A stretch of DNA of 46,278 bases from an uncultured bacterium (lineage in GTDB: Bacteria > Zhuqueibacterota > QNDG01 > DTFT01). The stretch spans positions 1-46,278 of the forward strand of contig CAVTNR010000007.1 of NCBI GenBank assembly GCA_963736115.1, in the 5' to 3' direction. A program made the translations under genes and the position numbers. The notes below the pieces were generated by a model. It saw only the letters and a list, made by a program, of their open reading frames with translations, made no database searches and was not told the DNA's origin. The first letter of the stretch is position 1; each line of letters begins with the position of its first letter. Positions 9,270 to 18,379 of this stretch are shown here, piece by piece.

Positions 9270-10583
9270 ATGAGACCCCAACGTCTCGCACTGGTATTGA
9301 TCGCTTGCATCGCCGGCCCGCTGAGCCTGGCCGGACAGGACATTCCGATGGTCTGGGGCCAGCCCTGGGGCGTCGGGGCCAGGGCCGCGGGCATGGCCGG
9401 GGCCATGACCGCGGTCGCGGACGATCCGTCCGCCCTGCACTACAATCCGGCGGGGCTCGGGCTGGCCGAACATACGGTTCTGACCGGCACCTTCTCGCAT
9501 CTCATGAGGATGAATACAGCGGATCTGGAAGGGCAGAAGGTCCAGCTCGATCCCTCGTTCACGCGGCTGAACGAATTCGGGCTGAGCATGCCCATCCCCA
9601 CGGCGCGGGGAAGCCTTGTTTTCGCCCTGGCCTATCAGCGGGTGCGGCAGTTCGACGATGAAATGAACATGCAGATTTCCGATCCGCTGGGCGCGGACCT
9701 GCTGTGGAACCAGGACAGGATCGAGGAGGGTTTCCTCAGCCGGACATCGGCGGGGGTCTCGGTTGAAATGGCGCCCGGCCTGTATGTCGGAGGCGGGCTC
9801 ACGATCTGGGGCGGGAACAACGATTACACCTGGCGTTTCCAGGAATCCGACGTTTCTGATCAATACACGTTTCTCGATTCCACTTCGACGGAGCACATCG
9901 CCACCGATTACAGCGGCGTTCAGCTCAACGTCGGCGTACTGATCAAGGCGGGGAACGTCGCCCGGCTCGGCCTGGTACTCGAATCTCCGTTCACGCTCAA
10001 GGGCTCGGAACGCTGGGATTACCGCGACACTTTTTCATGGGACGAGGACCAGGCCCTGGAGCCCGCGGTTTACGCGGACGCGGGGACGGATGAATACCGC
10101 ATCCGCGTTCCGACTGTGATGCGGGGCGGGCTCGCGGTGACCGGCGGCCCTGTCACCGTTTCGGCCGAGGGCGAGCTGATGAATTACCGTGAGTTCGAAT
10201 ACAACAGCGACCCTCCGGGAGGCGGAATGAGCCGCACCGAGGCCAATATGCAGATCCGGGACAATTTCCGGAACGTGCTTAACACCCGGATCGGGGCGGA
10301 ATGCGCCCTGCCCCTGGCCGGGGCGCGCCTGCGCGCGGGGTACGCCTCTTTGCCGTCACATCGCAAGGATGCGTCCTCGGACGAGAACCGAAAGGTGCTG
10401 TCCTTCGGCGCCGGTTTCAGGCTGCAGGACAGACTGTCCCTCGATCTGAGCCTGGCGAGAACGGAGTGGACATCGGCCGGGTATTCGCTGTTCTACGAGA
10501 GCGACCTGGGATCGTACGGCGGGGTCATCGGAGAGAAAAAGGAAGCCTCTCAGTTCATGGTGTCTTTCGTGTACGGATTGTAA
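9270..10583 (+). CDS. OmpP1/FadL/PorV-like outer-membrane beta-barrel
   Basis: GGAGG RBS; GARAAGMAGA...DDPSALHYNPAGL signature; LRAGY; terminal strand SFVYGL. Confidence 0.85.
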   Translation: MRPQRLALVLIACIAGPLSLAGQDIPMVWGQPWGVGARAAGMAGAMTAVADDPSALHYNPAGLGLAEHTVLTGTFSHLMRMNTADLEGQKVQLDPSFTRLNEFGLSMPIPTARGSLVFALAYQRVRQFDDEMNMQISDPLGADLLWNQDRIEEGFLSRTSAGVSVEMAPGLYVGGGLTIWGGNNDYTWRFQESDVSDQYTFLDSTSTEHIATDYSGVQLNVGVLIKAGNVARLGLVLESPFTLKGSERWDYRDTFSWDEDQALEPAVYADAGTDEYRIRVPTVMRGGLAVTGGPVTVSAEGELMNYREFEYNSDPPGGGMSRTEANMQIRDNFRNVLNTRIGAECALPLAGARLRAGYASLPSHRKDASSDENRKVLSFGAGFRLQDRLSLDLSLARTEWTSAGYSLFYESDLGSYGGVIGEKKEASQFMVSFVYGL

Positions 10584-10619
10584 GCGAAGCGATCAGATTC
10601 ATAGGAATATTCATTTTAG

Positions 10620-10651
10620 ACGGGGCCTTTCGAGGCCCCGTTTTTATTTTT
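10620..10651 (+). terminator. Intrinsic terminator
   Basis: cggggcct-ttcg-aggccccg followed by T-rich tail. Confidence 0.85.
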
Positions 10652-10750
10652 CCGTGCCTGCGTCCTCATGTCCGGAATATTGCTGAACCCCCCTTTTATC
10701 AATTACTTCAGGCGAAATATTGTCGCTCTCAGAATATTTATCGCCTGTAT

Positions 10751-10779
10751 TTGCTTTTTAATCGATAATTCTGTATATT
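10751..10779 (+). promoter_or_regulatory. Sigma70-like promoter upstream of argR
   Basis: TTGCTT-N17-TATATT in AT-rich intergenic DNA. Confidence 0.5.
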
Positions 10780-10857
10780 CAATGTCGTTTTATTGGATGA
10801 ATATCGGGCTTTATCCATAGTTCCGTTTCTGTTTCGATCCGTCAATATCGGGCGGAC

Positions 10858-11099
10858 TGAATCTGACAGCGAGCGTATTCCCCGGCTTCGCCGGACCAAG
10901 CTATCGGATTATTTCATTATTGAAGGCCCGCGGCTTGTCTTCTTCAAGTAGGCATATATTCGCTTGATCCCGCGTAGCGGGCCGCGGGGTAAGCGAGCGA
11001 ATATCAGATGTCTCTTCTCTACAGATAGAAGATTCCCCGCCGCTTGCCTTCAAACAGAAGGCATATAATAGCTTGGTCCCGCGCAGCGGGCGGCGGGGA
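10858..11099. repeat. Composite element with three ~44-bp CCTTCAA...TTGGT-hairpin units (copy A)
   Basis: Units at 10881-10926(-), 10938-10981(+), 11047-11090(+); collinear with 45533-45747. Confidence 0.8.
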
Positions 11100-11190
11100 G
11101 CTTCAATATTCGTGAACCCGCGTTCCGATCCAGTCGTTGGTCCGCGGCGCTCCATTCCGAAAAGGCCTTTCAAGCAGGAGGGATTCGCAC

Positions 11191-11652
11191 ATGGGGAAGA
11201 AAAACCGGCATTACCACATCCTGAGGATCATCGAGTCCAGCCCCATCGAATCACAGCAGGACCTTCTGGACGCCCTGGGCCGGGAAGGACTGGATGTCAG
11301 CCAGTCCACGCTGTCGAAGGACCTGAAGGAACTGGGCATCATCAAGGTCCGGGGCAAGGAGGGCCGGTTCCGCTTTTTGCAGACCAAGGAACGTGAAATC
11401 TTCCACGTCGGAGTTTTACTCAAAAAGGAACTGCAGGACTTTCTTACGGCCACGGTGCCGGTCAGCAATTTCATCGTTCTGAAAACCGTTTCCGGAAACG
11501 CCGGCGGAACGGCCAAGTGCCTGGACGACATCGGATGGCCGGAGATCATCGGGACCGTCGCGGGCGACGACACAGTGCTGGTCATCACCCGTTCGCCGGA
11601 ACAGGTGCAGATCGTGGTCGACAAGCTTCAGGAAGTGCTGGCGGCGAAGTGA
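11191..11652 (+). CDS. argR: Arginine repressor
   Basis: GGAGG RBS; [21 protein letters not shown] winged helix; GTVAGDDT arginine-binding motif; adjacent to argG. Confidence 0.93.
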   Translation: MGKKNRHYHILRIIESSPIESQQDLLDALGREGLDVSQSTLSKDLKELGIIKVRGKEGRFRFLQTKEREIFHVGVLLKKELQDFLTATVPVSNFIVLKTVSGNAGGTAKCLDDIGWPEIIGTVAGDDTVLVITRSPEQVQIVVDKLQEVLAAK

Positions 11653-11758
11653 CCGCAGGCCCCGGACGGGTTCATTCCGGGATCCCGGCTCCACCATCCG
11701 ATCCGGCGGAACGCGGCCGGGCCTCATCGCCATTCGATTCCATCATCAGGAGTCATCC

Positions 11759-13021
11759 ATGCAGGCAGTGAAAAAGGTCGCCCTGGCCTATTCGGGCGGC
11801 CTCGACACGTCCATCATCATCCCCTGGCTCATCGAGAATTACCAGTGCGAGGTCATCGCGGTGACCGCGGACGTAGGGCAGGAGGACGAGCTCGACGGAC
11901 TTGAGGAAAAAGCGCTGAAATCGGGCGCGAGCAAATTCATCCTTCAGGACCTGAAGAAGGAATTCGTCACGGACTACATCTTCCCCATGGTGAAGTCGGG
12001 CGCCGTGTATGAGGGCAAGTACCTGCTCGGATCCGCGCTGGCGAGGCCGATCATCGCCCTGCACCAGGTGAAGGCCGCGGAGGCCGAGGGCGCGGACGCG
12101 GTGTCTCACGGATGCACCGGCAAGGGGAACGACCAGGTCCGCTTCGAACTGACCTACAAGGCCGTGAACCCCAAGCTGGCCGTGATCGCGCCCTGGCGGG
12201 ACCCGAAATGGAACATCCGCTCGCGCGAGGAGGCCATCGACTACGCCAAAGCGCACGGCATTCCCGTGGCGCAGACCAAAAAGAAAATATTCAGCAACGA
12301 CACCAACCTCTGGCACCGCTCGAGCGAGGGCGGCATTCTCGAGGATCCCTGGCAGGCCCCGCCGGACGCGGTTTTCTCCATCACCGTTCCACCGGAAAAG
12401 GCGCCGGACCGCGCGGAAACCATCGAACTGCGATTCGAATCCGGCATTCCAGCCGCGCTCAACGGCGAAAAGCTCGATCCGGTCGCGATCATGACCCGGC
12501 TGAACCAGCTCGGATACAAACACGGCATCGGCGTGGTGGACATGGTCGAGAACCGGCTGGTGGGCATCAAGTCCAGGGGCGTCTACGAGACGCCGGGCGG
12601 CACCATCCTGTACGCCGCCCACCGCGAGATCGAAAGCCTGGTGCTCGACGCGCGCACCCTGCATTACAAGGAAATCGTCGCGCTCACCTACGGCGAGCTG
12701 ATCTATTACGGACTCTGGTTCAGCCAGCTTCGCGTCGCGCTCGACGGATTCATCGAAAAGACGCAGGAGCGCTGCACGGGCACGGTGAAACTGAAGCTGT
12801 ACAAGGGAAACGTGATCGTCGACGGCCGGCAGTCGCCCTATTCGCTGTACCGCGAGGATTTCGCGACGTTCGGCAAGGACGACGTGTACGACCAGAAGGA
12901 CGCCGGAGGATTCATCAACTGCTTCGGCCTGCCGCTCAAGGTGCAGGCCATGCTCAAGATCGACGGCATCGGGACGCACAAGTACCAGGAGACGGATTAC
13001 TCGAAGTTCAAGCGGGATTGA
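11759..13021 (+). CDS. argG: Argininosuccinate synthase
   Basis: [40 protein letters not shown]. Confidence 0.98.
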   Translation: MQAVKKVALAYSGGLDTSIIIPWLIENYQCEVIAVTADVGQEDELDGLEEKALKSGASKFILQDLKKEFVTDYIFPMVKSGAVYEGKYLLGSALARPIIALHQVKAAEAEGADAVSHGCTGKGNDQVRFELTYKAVNPKLAVIAPWRDPKWNIRSREEAIDYAKAHGIPVAQTKKKIFSNDTNLWHRSSEGGILEDPWQAPPDAVFSITVPPEKAPDRAETIELRFESGIPAALNGEKLDPVAIMTRLNQLGYKHGIGVVDMVENRLVGIKSRGVYETPGGTILYAAHREIESLVLDARTLHYKEIVALTYGELIYYGLWFSQLRVALDGFIEKTQERCTGTVKLKLYKGNVIVDGRQSPYSLYREDFATFGKDDVYDQKDAGGFINCFGLPLKVQAMLKIDGIGTHKYQETDYSKFKRD

Positions 13022-13027
13022 AAAGAA

Positions 13028-13059
13028 GGTTCCGGGTTTCGAGTTCCGGGTTCCGGGTT
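13028..13059. repeat. Heptamer tandem repeat (GTTCCGG-type)
   Basis: gttccgg gtttcga gttccgg gttccgg; reverse-complement array at 34499-34530. Confidence 0.6.
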
Positions 13060-13070
13060 GAAAACTGCCG

Positions 13071-13185
13071 GTAGCCGCAGCCTTCAGAGACTGTGTGAAA
13101 ATGCCAATATGGCAGCGGATTCCCCAGCTAAGTTGAGAATTTAACCAGCATATTTCCTATTATCACACAGTCTCTTCAGGCTGCG
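13071..13185 (+). repeat. GTAG-type REP (GTAGCCGCAGCCTTCAGGCTGCG) split by a MITE
   Basis: Removing 13087-13178 restores GTAG + cgcagcc-ttca-ggctgcg hairpin. Confidence 0.75.
13087..13174. mobile_element. 88-bp MITE, possibly IS1182/IS5-like
   Basis: Terminal inverted repeats GAGACTGTGTGA(A/T)AAT match 15/16; flanked by TTCA direct repeat (13083-13086, 13175-13178). Confidence 0.8.
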
Positions 13186-13311
13186 CATGAAGATAAGTAA
13201 AACGCCTGATCCATTCCAGTGCCCGGCCGCAAGCCGGGCACGCGCGTTATAGGAAGCCGGCCGGGGAACCGACCGGGTTACGGAACGCCGGTTTACAGGA
13301 GCGCATCACGC

Positions 13312-14121
13312 ATGTCCTTCCCATTCCGGATCATTCTGTACGCCGTAGCCGGGTACGCCGTGATATGCGCGGTCGTCTTTTTGATGCAGAGGCGGCTGCT
13401 GTATCACCCCGACCCGACTGTTCCGTCCGAGGCATTCCTCAAACAGGCAGGACTGACCGCCTGGCCGGGTCCGGGGCAGGCGTTCCGGGGATATCTGGCC
13501 CGGACCGAAGGCCGGGTCGCGAACGGATTCGTCATGGTCTTTCACGGAAACGCGGGGACCGCCGCGGACCGGGGTTATTACGGCCGTATGCTTGGGGGCA
13601 TGGGAGTTCGCGTCATTCTGGCGGAGTATCCGGGCTACGGCGGCCGCACCGGTGGGCTGACCGAGCGGAACCTGGTCAAGGATGCGCATGACTCCATTCT
13701 CGAGGCGGTCCGCCTATACGGATCGCCCGTCGTTCTCGTCGGGGAATCCATGGGCTGCGGCGTGGCCGCGGGGGCGGCCGCGGATCCGGAACTCCCGGCG
13801 GACGGGATCGTTCTGATCACGCCGTGGGATTCTCTGCCGAGTCTCGGCCAGGAGATGTACCGGTTCCTTCCGGTGCGCCTGCTGGCGCTGGACCGTTACG
13901 ACAACATCCGGAATCTGGCGTCGTTCCGCGGCCGGGCGGCGGTCGCAATCGCGGAAAAGGACGAAATCATACCCGCCGGCCACGGCATGCGGCTGTTTTC
14001 GTCCCTGAAGTGCGGTAAAAGGCTTTGGGTGTGGCGGGAGGCGGGACACAACTCCTGGCCGGATGCGGTCGGCTCGGACTGGTGGCGGGAAGTGATGGAT
14101 TTCATCCGGAACGGAGAATAA
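13312..14121 (+). CDS. Alpha/beta hydrolase with N-terminal membrane anchor (ABHD13/17-like)
   Basis: CAGGAG RBS; QRRLLYHP, FHGNAG, EYPGYG, GESMG nucleophile elbow, DEII, AGHN. Confidence 0.9.
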   Translation: MSFPFRIILYAVAGYAVICAVVFLMQRRLLYHPDPTVPSEAFLKQAGLTAWPGPGQAFRGYLARTEGRVANGFVMVFHGNAGTAADRGYYGRMLGGMGVRVILAEYPGYGGRTGGLTERNLVKDAHDSILEAVRLYGSPVVLVGESMGCGVAAGAAADPELPADGIVLITPWDSLPSLGQEMYRFLPVRLLALDRYDNIRNLASFRGRAAVAIAEKDEIIPAGHGMRLFSSLKCGKRLWVWREAGHNSWPDAVGSDWWREVMDFIRNGE

Positions 14122-14151
14122 GTTAAAAGTGTCCGGCACCTCTGAAAAATA

Positions 14152-14246
14152 AGTTGCAGGTCCGAAATGCCGAGTCCCGCGAAGCCCTTCAATAGCGGGA
14201 ATCTGTCGATTGGTCCCGCGAAGCGGGAAGGCGGCGCTTTCGGGCC
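14152..14246 (+). repeat. Degenerate GTAGGTCCGA-family REP with a CCTTCAA unit in its loop
   Basis: Arms agttgcaggtccgaaatgccg and cggcgctttcgggcc; unit at 14186-14227; direct repeat gtcccgcgaagc at 14174 and 14213. Confidence 0.65.
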
Positions 14247-14248
14247 TT

Positions 14249-14506
14249 TTACATTGGTCTTTCAGCCTCCCCCCGGATCAGCGCCTCCTTGCCGGCGCGC
14301 GTCATTCGCTTGATCGCCCATTCCCGCTTCTGCGCCTCGGACATACTTTCGAACGGCTCGGAATAAACCAGCCTCACAGGCAGGCGGCCCGCCGTGTACC
14401 GGGCGCCGCGGCCTGAACCATGCTTGTTCAGTCTCTGATTCAGATCCTTTGCGGATCCGGTGTAATACGTACCGTCTCCGCATTCCAGAATATAGACATG
14501 GGGCAT
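14249..14506 (-). CDS. Small GIY-YIG nuclease (UPF0213/YhbQ-like)
   Basis: GGAGA RBS; HVYILEC-DGTYYTG, RLxxH, GARYT, ExAIK motifs. Confidence 0.9.
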   Translation of the reverse strand: MPHVYILECGDGTYYTGSAKDLNQRLNKHGSGRGARYTAGRLPVRLVYSEPFESMSEAQKREWAIKRMTRAGKEALIRGEAERPM

Positions 14507-14720
14507 CGCATTCTCTCCGGTTGTTCGTCTTCTCAGGCACAATATAAAACATCCGGGAAAGATATTCAAATCCGGTCTCGAGGACGCGGGGGGGTCTGAT
14601 CCCGCGGGTACCCGGCGGCACGGAGGGACAGGAGTTGAACCGGCGGAAAAACAAGTTGATTTAAATTGCGGAATTTGTTAATTTTATAAAATGTCAGAGT
14701 AACTGGAGGCGCGACCGGAA

Positions 14721-15551
14721 ATGCTTTCTCCCGATCTTCACATCCATACCCGGCACTGCAGGCATGCGACCGGCACCATGGAAGAGACCGTGCTCCGGGC
14801 CGTTTCCCTGGGGCTTCCGGAAATTGGATTCTCGGATCATTTCCCCTATCCGGCGGGTTTTTCCGAGCCCGCGCCCGATTGCGTGATTCCCTCGCTTGAG
14901 GAGTTCCGGATTTACGCCGGTGAAGTGCGGCGCCTGCAGGAGGCTTATTCCGGCCGCATCATCATCCGTTTCGCGGCTGAAGTGGATTATCTCGAAGAGT
15001 GGGGCGAACGCCAGGCCGCCATTCTCGAACCCTTCGCGTTCGACTACAAGATCGGATCCGTCCACATCGTGAAACAGGCGGCCGTCGACTACCGTGAGGA
15101 TGTCCTGCTCTCGGCCGCGCATGGATGGGGCGGTGTGGAAGCGGCCTGGGACCTGTACTGGGAGGCGATGGATGCGATGATCCGCGGGGGCGGATTCAAC
15201 ATCGTCGGCCATTTCGACCTCTTGAAGAAGTATCCCGGCGGCGTCTCCGTCCGGGACCACGCGGAGCGGGTCCGGTCCCTATTCACGGCCATGAAATCCG
15301 CGGGCCTCGTGCTCGAGCTGAATACCGGAGGCGTGGAACGGTCCAGCGACCATACGCCGTATCCGTCCCTGCCGCTGCTCCGGCTGGCCGCGGAATGCGG
15401 CGTGGAGGTCACGCTGGGCAGTGATGCGCACGCGCCCGGGGACGTGGGGCGCCATTTCGCGGACGCGGCCCGGCTCCTGCGGTCTCTGGGCTGGACGGCC
15501 ACCGTGGGTTTCGAGAACGGGGAAAAACAATATCATCCGATACCCGAATAA
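14721..15551 (+). CDS. PHP-family histidinol-phosphatase (HisJ/HisK type)
   Basis: GGAGG RBS; DLHIHT, SDH, EVDY, GSVH, GHFD, ELNT, GSDAH. Confidence 0.85.
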   Translation: MLSPDLHIHTRHCRHATGTMEETVLRAVSLGLPEIGFSDHFPYPAGFSEPAPDCVIPSLEEFRIYAGEVRRLQEAYSGRIIIRFAAEVDYLEEWGERQAAILEPFAFDYKIGSVHIVKQAAVDYREDVLLSAAHGWGGVEAAWDLYWEAMDAMIRGGGFNIVGHFDLLKKYPGGVSVRDHAERVRSLFTAMKSAGLVLELNTGGVERSSDHTPYPSLPLLRLAAECGVEVTLGSDAHAPGDVGRHFADAARLLRSLGWTATVGFENGEKQYHPIPE

Positions 15552-15561
15552 GGAGGGCCTG

Positions 15562-16065
15562 ATGCGGTTCTTGACAGGCACTTGGATCAGGGCGGCCCTG
15601 CCCGCCGTTCTGGCGTTCGCGGCCTTCGCCTTCGCGGCGTCCGCGGCCGCCGACATCTACTCGTGGACCGATAAAAACGGCGTCAAGCATTGTTCAAGCG
15701 ACCCGCCGCCCAGGGGCGAACCGGTGACCGAACTCCGGGTCATGAAAACAACATACGAGCCCGATGAGCCGGAGGCCGTGGATCCGGTGAAAGCGGCCGA
15801 GGACACGACTTCGCTCGAAGCGCCGAAAAACCAGCCCAAAGTGGACATCTACGTCGACGGCCAGTCCGATCACTGCCGGACGGCGCTGGCCTTTTTCGAC
15901 AGCCACAAGATTGTCTACACCCGGCACGATATGGACACGGATCCGCAGGCGCGCCAGCGTTACGCGTCCCTTGAAGGACAGGGCCTCCCCCTCGTTTTCA
16001 TCGGCGACCTTCGGATGGACGGGTGGGACGAGAATGCGGTCCGGACCCGTCTGGGCATCAAATAG
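15562..16065 (+). CDS. Exported DUF4124 + glutaredoxin-like protein
   Basis: AAGGAGG RBS; signal peptide; IYSWTDKNGVKHxSxDPP; Grx-like C-terminus with SDHC and GLPLVFIG. Confidence 0.75.
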   Translation: MRFLTGTWIRAALPAVLAFAAFAFAASAAADIYSWTDKNGVKHCSSDPPPRGEPVTELRVMKTTYEPDEPEAVDPVKAAEDTTSLEAPKNQPKVDIYVDGQSDHCRTALAFFDSHKIVYTRHDMDTDPQARQRYASLEGQGLPLVFIGDLRMDGWDENAVRTRLGIK

Positions 16066-16066
16066 G

Positions 16067-16957
16067 ATGGGCAGGATCCGATTGTCCCGGAAAGCCCGGA
16101 AAGCGGTCCGGACGGGTCTGCTGATCTGCGGAGGGCTTGCGCTGGCTTTCATTCTGCTCTGCGCGGCGCTGTGGGCCTCGGTTCCGGACGTCGGAATTCT
16201 GGCCGCCCGGAATCCCGTGACCACGGCCATGATGCGGCACCGGCAGGGACAGGCGCTGCGGAAAACCGGGCGGAAATCCGGCGTGCGGCAGGTCTGGGTG
16301 AAGCTGGGGCGGATTTCACCGAAGCTGATCCAGGCCGTTCTGATCGCCGAAGACGACAAGTTCTACGGGCACGGTGGATTCGACTTCGAGGGGATGAAGG
16401 ATGCCTTTGAGAAGAACATCGAGAGCGGCCGCATCGTGGGCGGCGGTTCGACAATCACCCAGCAGCTCGCGAAGAATCTCTACCTCAGGCCGGACCGGAA
16501 CCCGGTCCGCAAGCTCCGGGAGGCGGTGATCGCCTTCGAACTGGACCGCCGGCTCAAAAAAAGGCGCATCCTCGAACTGTATCTCAACGTGATCGAATGG
16601 GGGCCGGGCATTTACGGCGCGGAGGCCGCGGCGGCTCATTACTACGGCAAGTCCGCGTCCGGTCTGACCGCCGAGGAGGCCGTGCGGCTGGCGTCCATTC
16701 TGCCTAATCCCGTCCGGTTCCAGCCTGAAAACGACACGAGCCGCAGGATGCGGAAGAAGAGGCGGATTGTTTCGGAACTCCTGGTCAAGCGGGGCCTCAT
16801 GTCGGCCGCGGAAAAGGCGGCTCTGGACGCGGATCTCGAACACCCCGGCCGGACCCGCTCCGAATCTCCAGCCGTTTCGCCGGACACCGCTGTGACGGCC
16901 GCGGTCGCAGTCACGGACACGGTCCTTCCGGCCGCGGCTGCGGATACGACCATTTAA
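16067..16957 (+). CDS. mtgA: Monofunctional peptidoglycan transglycosylase (GT51)
   Basis: AEDDKFYxHxG, GGSTITQQLAKNLY, RKxxE, KxRILELYLN; no transpeptidase domain. Confidence 0.9.
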   Translation: MGRIRLSRKARKAVRTGLLICGGLALAFILLCAALWASVPDVGILAARNPVTTAMMRHRQGQALRKTGRKSGVRQVWVKLGRISPKLIQAVLIAEDDKFYGHGGFDFEGMKDAFEKNIESGRIVGGGSTITQQLAKNLYLRPDRNPVRKLREAVIAFELDRRLKKRRILELYLNVIEWGPGIYGAEAAAAHYYGKSASGLTAEEAVRLASILPNPVRFQPENDTSRRMRKKRRIVSELLVKRGLMSAAEKAALDADLEHPGRTRSESPAVSPDTAVTAAVAVTDTVLPAAAADTTI

Positions 16958-16960
16958 AAA

Positions 16961-17052
16961 AGTTCATATGGTTCATGGTTCATTGTTCATAGTTGAAAAA
17001 AATGGGCACTCGGCTCTTTTAACAATGAACTATGAACCATGAACTATGAACT
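16961..17052. repeat. Inverted heptamer arrays (GTTCATN)n - spacer - (NATGAAC)n
   Basis: gttcatg/gttcatt/gttcata units facing aatgaac/tatgaac/catgaac units. Confidence 0.8.
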
Positions 17053-17074
17053 CGAATAAAAGGAGGTTTCGGTT

Positions 17075-17485
17075 ATGAAGAAGATGTTTCAGGAATTCCG
17101 TGAGTTTGCCATGCGCGGGAACGTCATGGACATGGCCGTGGGCATCATCATCGGCGCCGCGTTCGGGAAAATCGTGTCTTCTTTCGTGGCCAATGTGCTC
17201 ATGCCGCCCATCGCGCTCCTGCTCGGCCACGTCAACTTCTCCGAACTGGCCGTCGTGCTCAGGCGCGCCGCGGACGGAACGCCTGAAATCTCGATGCAGT
17301 ACGGGCTCTTCATACAGGCCCTCGTGGACTTTGTCCTCGTCGCGTCCGCCGTTTTCCTGGTGATCAAGGGTATGAATTCCTTCCGCAAGAAACAGGAAGC
17401 GGCGCCCGCGCCTCCGCCGCCTCCGGCGCCCAGCGCGCAGGAAACCCTGCTGACCGAGATCCGGGATCTGCTGAAGCACAAATAA
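17075..17485 (+). CDS. mscL: Large-conductance mechanosensitive channel
   Basis: [28 protein letters not shown]; LLTEIRDLL. Confidence 0.97.
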   Translation: MKKMFQEFREFAMRGNVMDMAVGIIIGAAFGKIVSSFVANVLMPPIALLLGHVNFSELAVVLRRAADGTPEISMQYGLFIQALVDFVLVASAVFLVIKGMNSFRKKQEAAPAPPPPPAPSAQETLLTEIRDLLKHK

Positions 17486-17500
17486 GGGGAGGACCCATCC

Positions 17501-18336
17501 GTGAAACCGCTTGCTGTCATCCTTCTTCTCACGGCCCTTCCGCGGCGGCTCAGACGGCCGATGCCGACACATCGTGGAAGAAAACCGCGGTTCTGAACGT
17601 GAACTTCACCCAGGCGCAGTTCGACAACTGGGCGCCGGGCGGAGAGGACGCCTGGTCCTGGCAGTCCGACTTTCTCCCGAAAATCGTCTTTGAGAACGCT
17701 TCCCGTCAGTGGGTCAGCACAGGCAAACTGTCCTTCGGCCAGGCCAAGGTGGGGGACATGGGGTCACGCAAATCCGCGGACGAAATCCGGCTCGAAAGTG
17801 TCCTGACCTGGAAAATCGGAAAATGGGTGAACCCCTACGCCGCGGTCACCGGCCTCACCCAATTCGCCCCGGGATACGCCTACGACGGGGATTCGAAGAC
17901 CGAAGTGTCCGGTTTTCTGGATCCCGGGTATTTCACCCAGAGCGCGGGCCTGGGCATACAGACGGGCCCGCATCTGCGCACCCGCATCGGCGCGGCGCTG
18001 AAGGAATCCGTAACCCGCAATCATCCGGCGCCCTATGCGGACGATCCGAAGACTGCCAAGGTCGAAAAGATCAAGATCGAGCCGGGCGCGGAGTGGGTGA
18101 CAGACGCGGACTGGAAGCTCCACGACAACATCCTGTTCACGTCCAAGCTGGAGACATTCGCCAATTTCAAGGGGCTAAACGCGGTGGACGTGAACTGGGA
18201 CAACATGTTCTCGTCCAAGATCACGAAACTGATCAGCGTGTCCTTCAACGTGCGGCTGACCTATGACCGCGACGTGTCCGCGAAGCGCCAGATCAAGCAG
18301 GTGCTCGGAGCGGGGCTGTCGTACACGATTCTGTAG
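17501..18336 (+). CDS. DUF3078-like outer-membrane protein (one frameshift near 17541)
   Basis: GGAGG RBS + GTG; signal peptide VKPLAVILLLTAL continues in another frame as AAAQTADADTSWKK...NFTQAQFDNWAPGG; TQFAPGY, FLDPGY, QIKQVLGAGLSY. Confidence 0.7.
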
Positions 18337-18379
18337 GATTCGGTTTCGCGTTTTTTTTTGTCAATCACGGAGAAAAATA

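Noticed and set aside
10590-10810. ARG boxes upstream of argR
   Set aside because: Only half-site matches (ATTCA or TGAAT); no properly spaced palindrome
10858-11140. CRISPR array interpretation of the CCTTCAA units (also 45533-45747)
   Set aside because: Variable cores are only about 14 nt, orientations are mixed, at most 2-3 units lie in tandem, and no cas genes are present
14615-14646. tRNA-like T-loop (GGTTCAACTCC) on the minus strand
   Set aside because: T-stem is mismatched and there is no D-arm, anticodon arm or CCA
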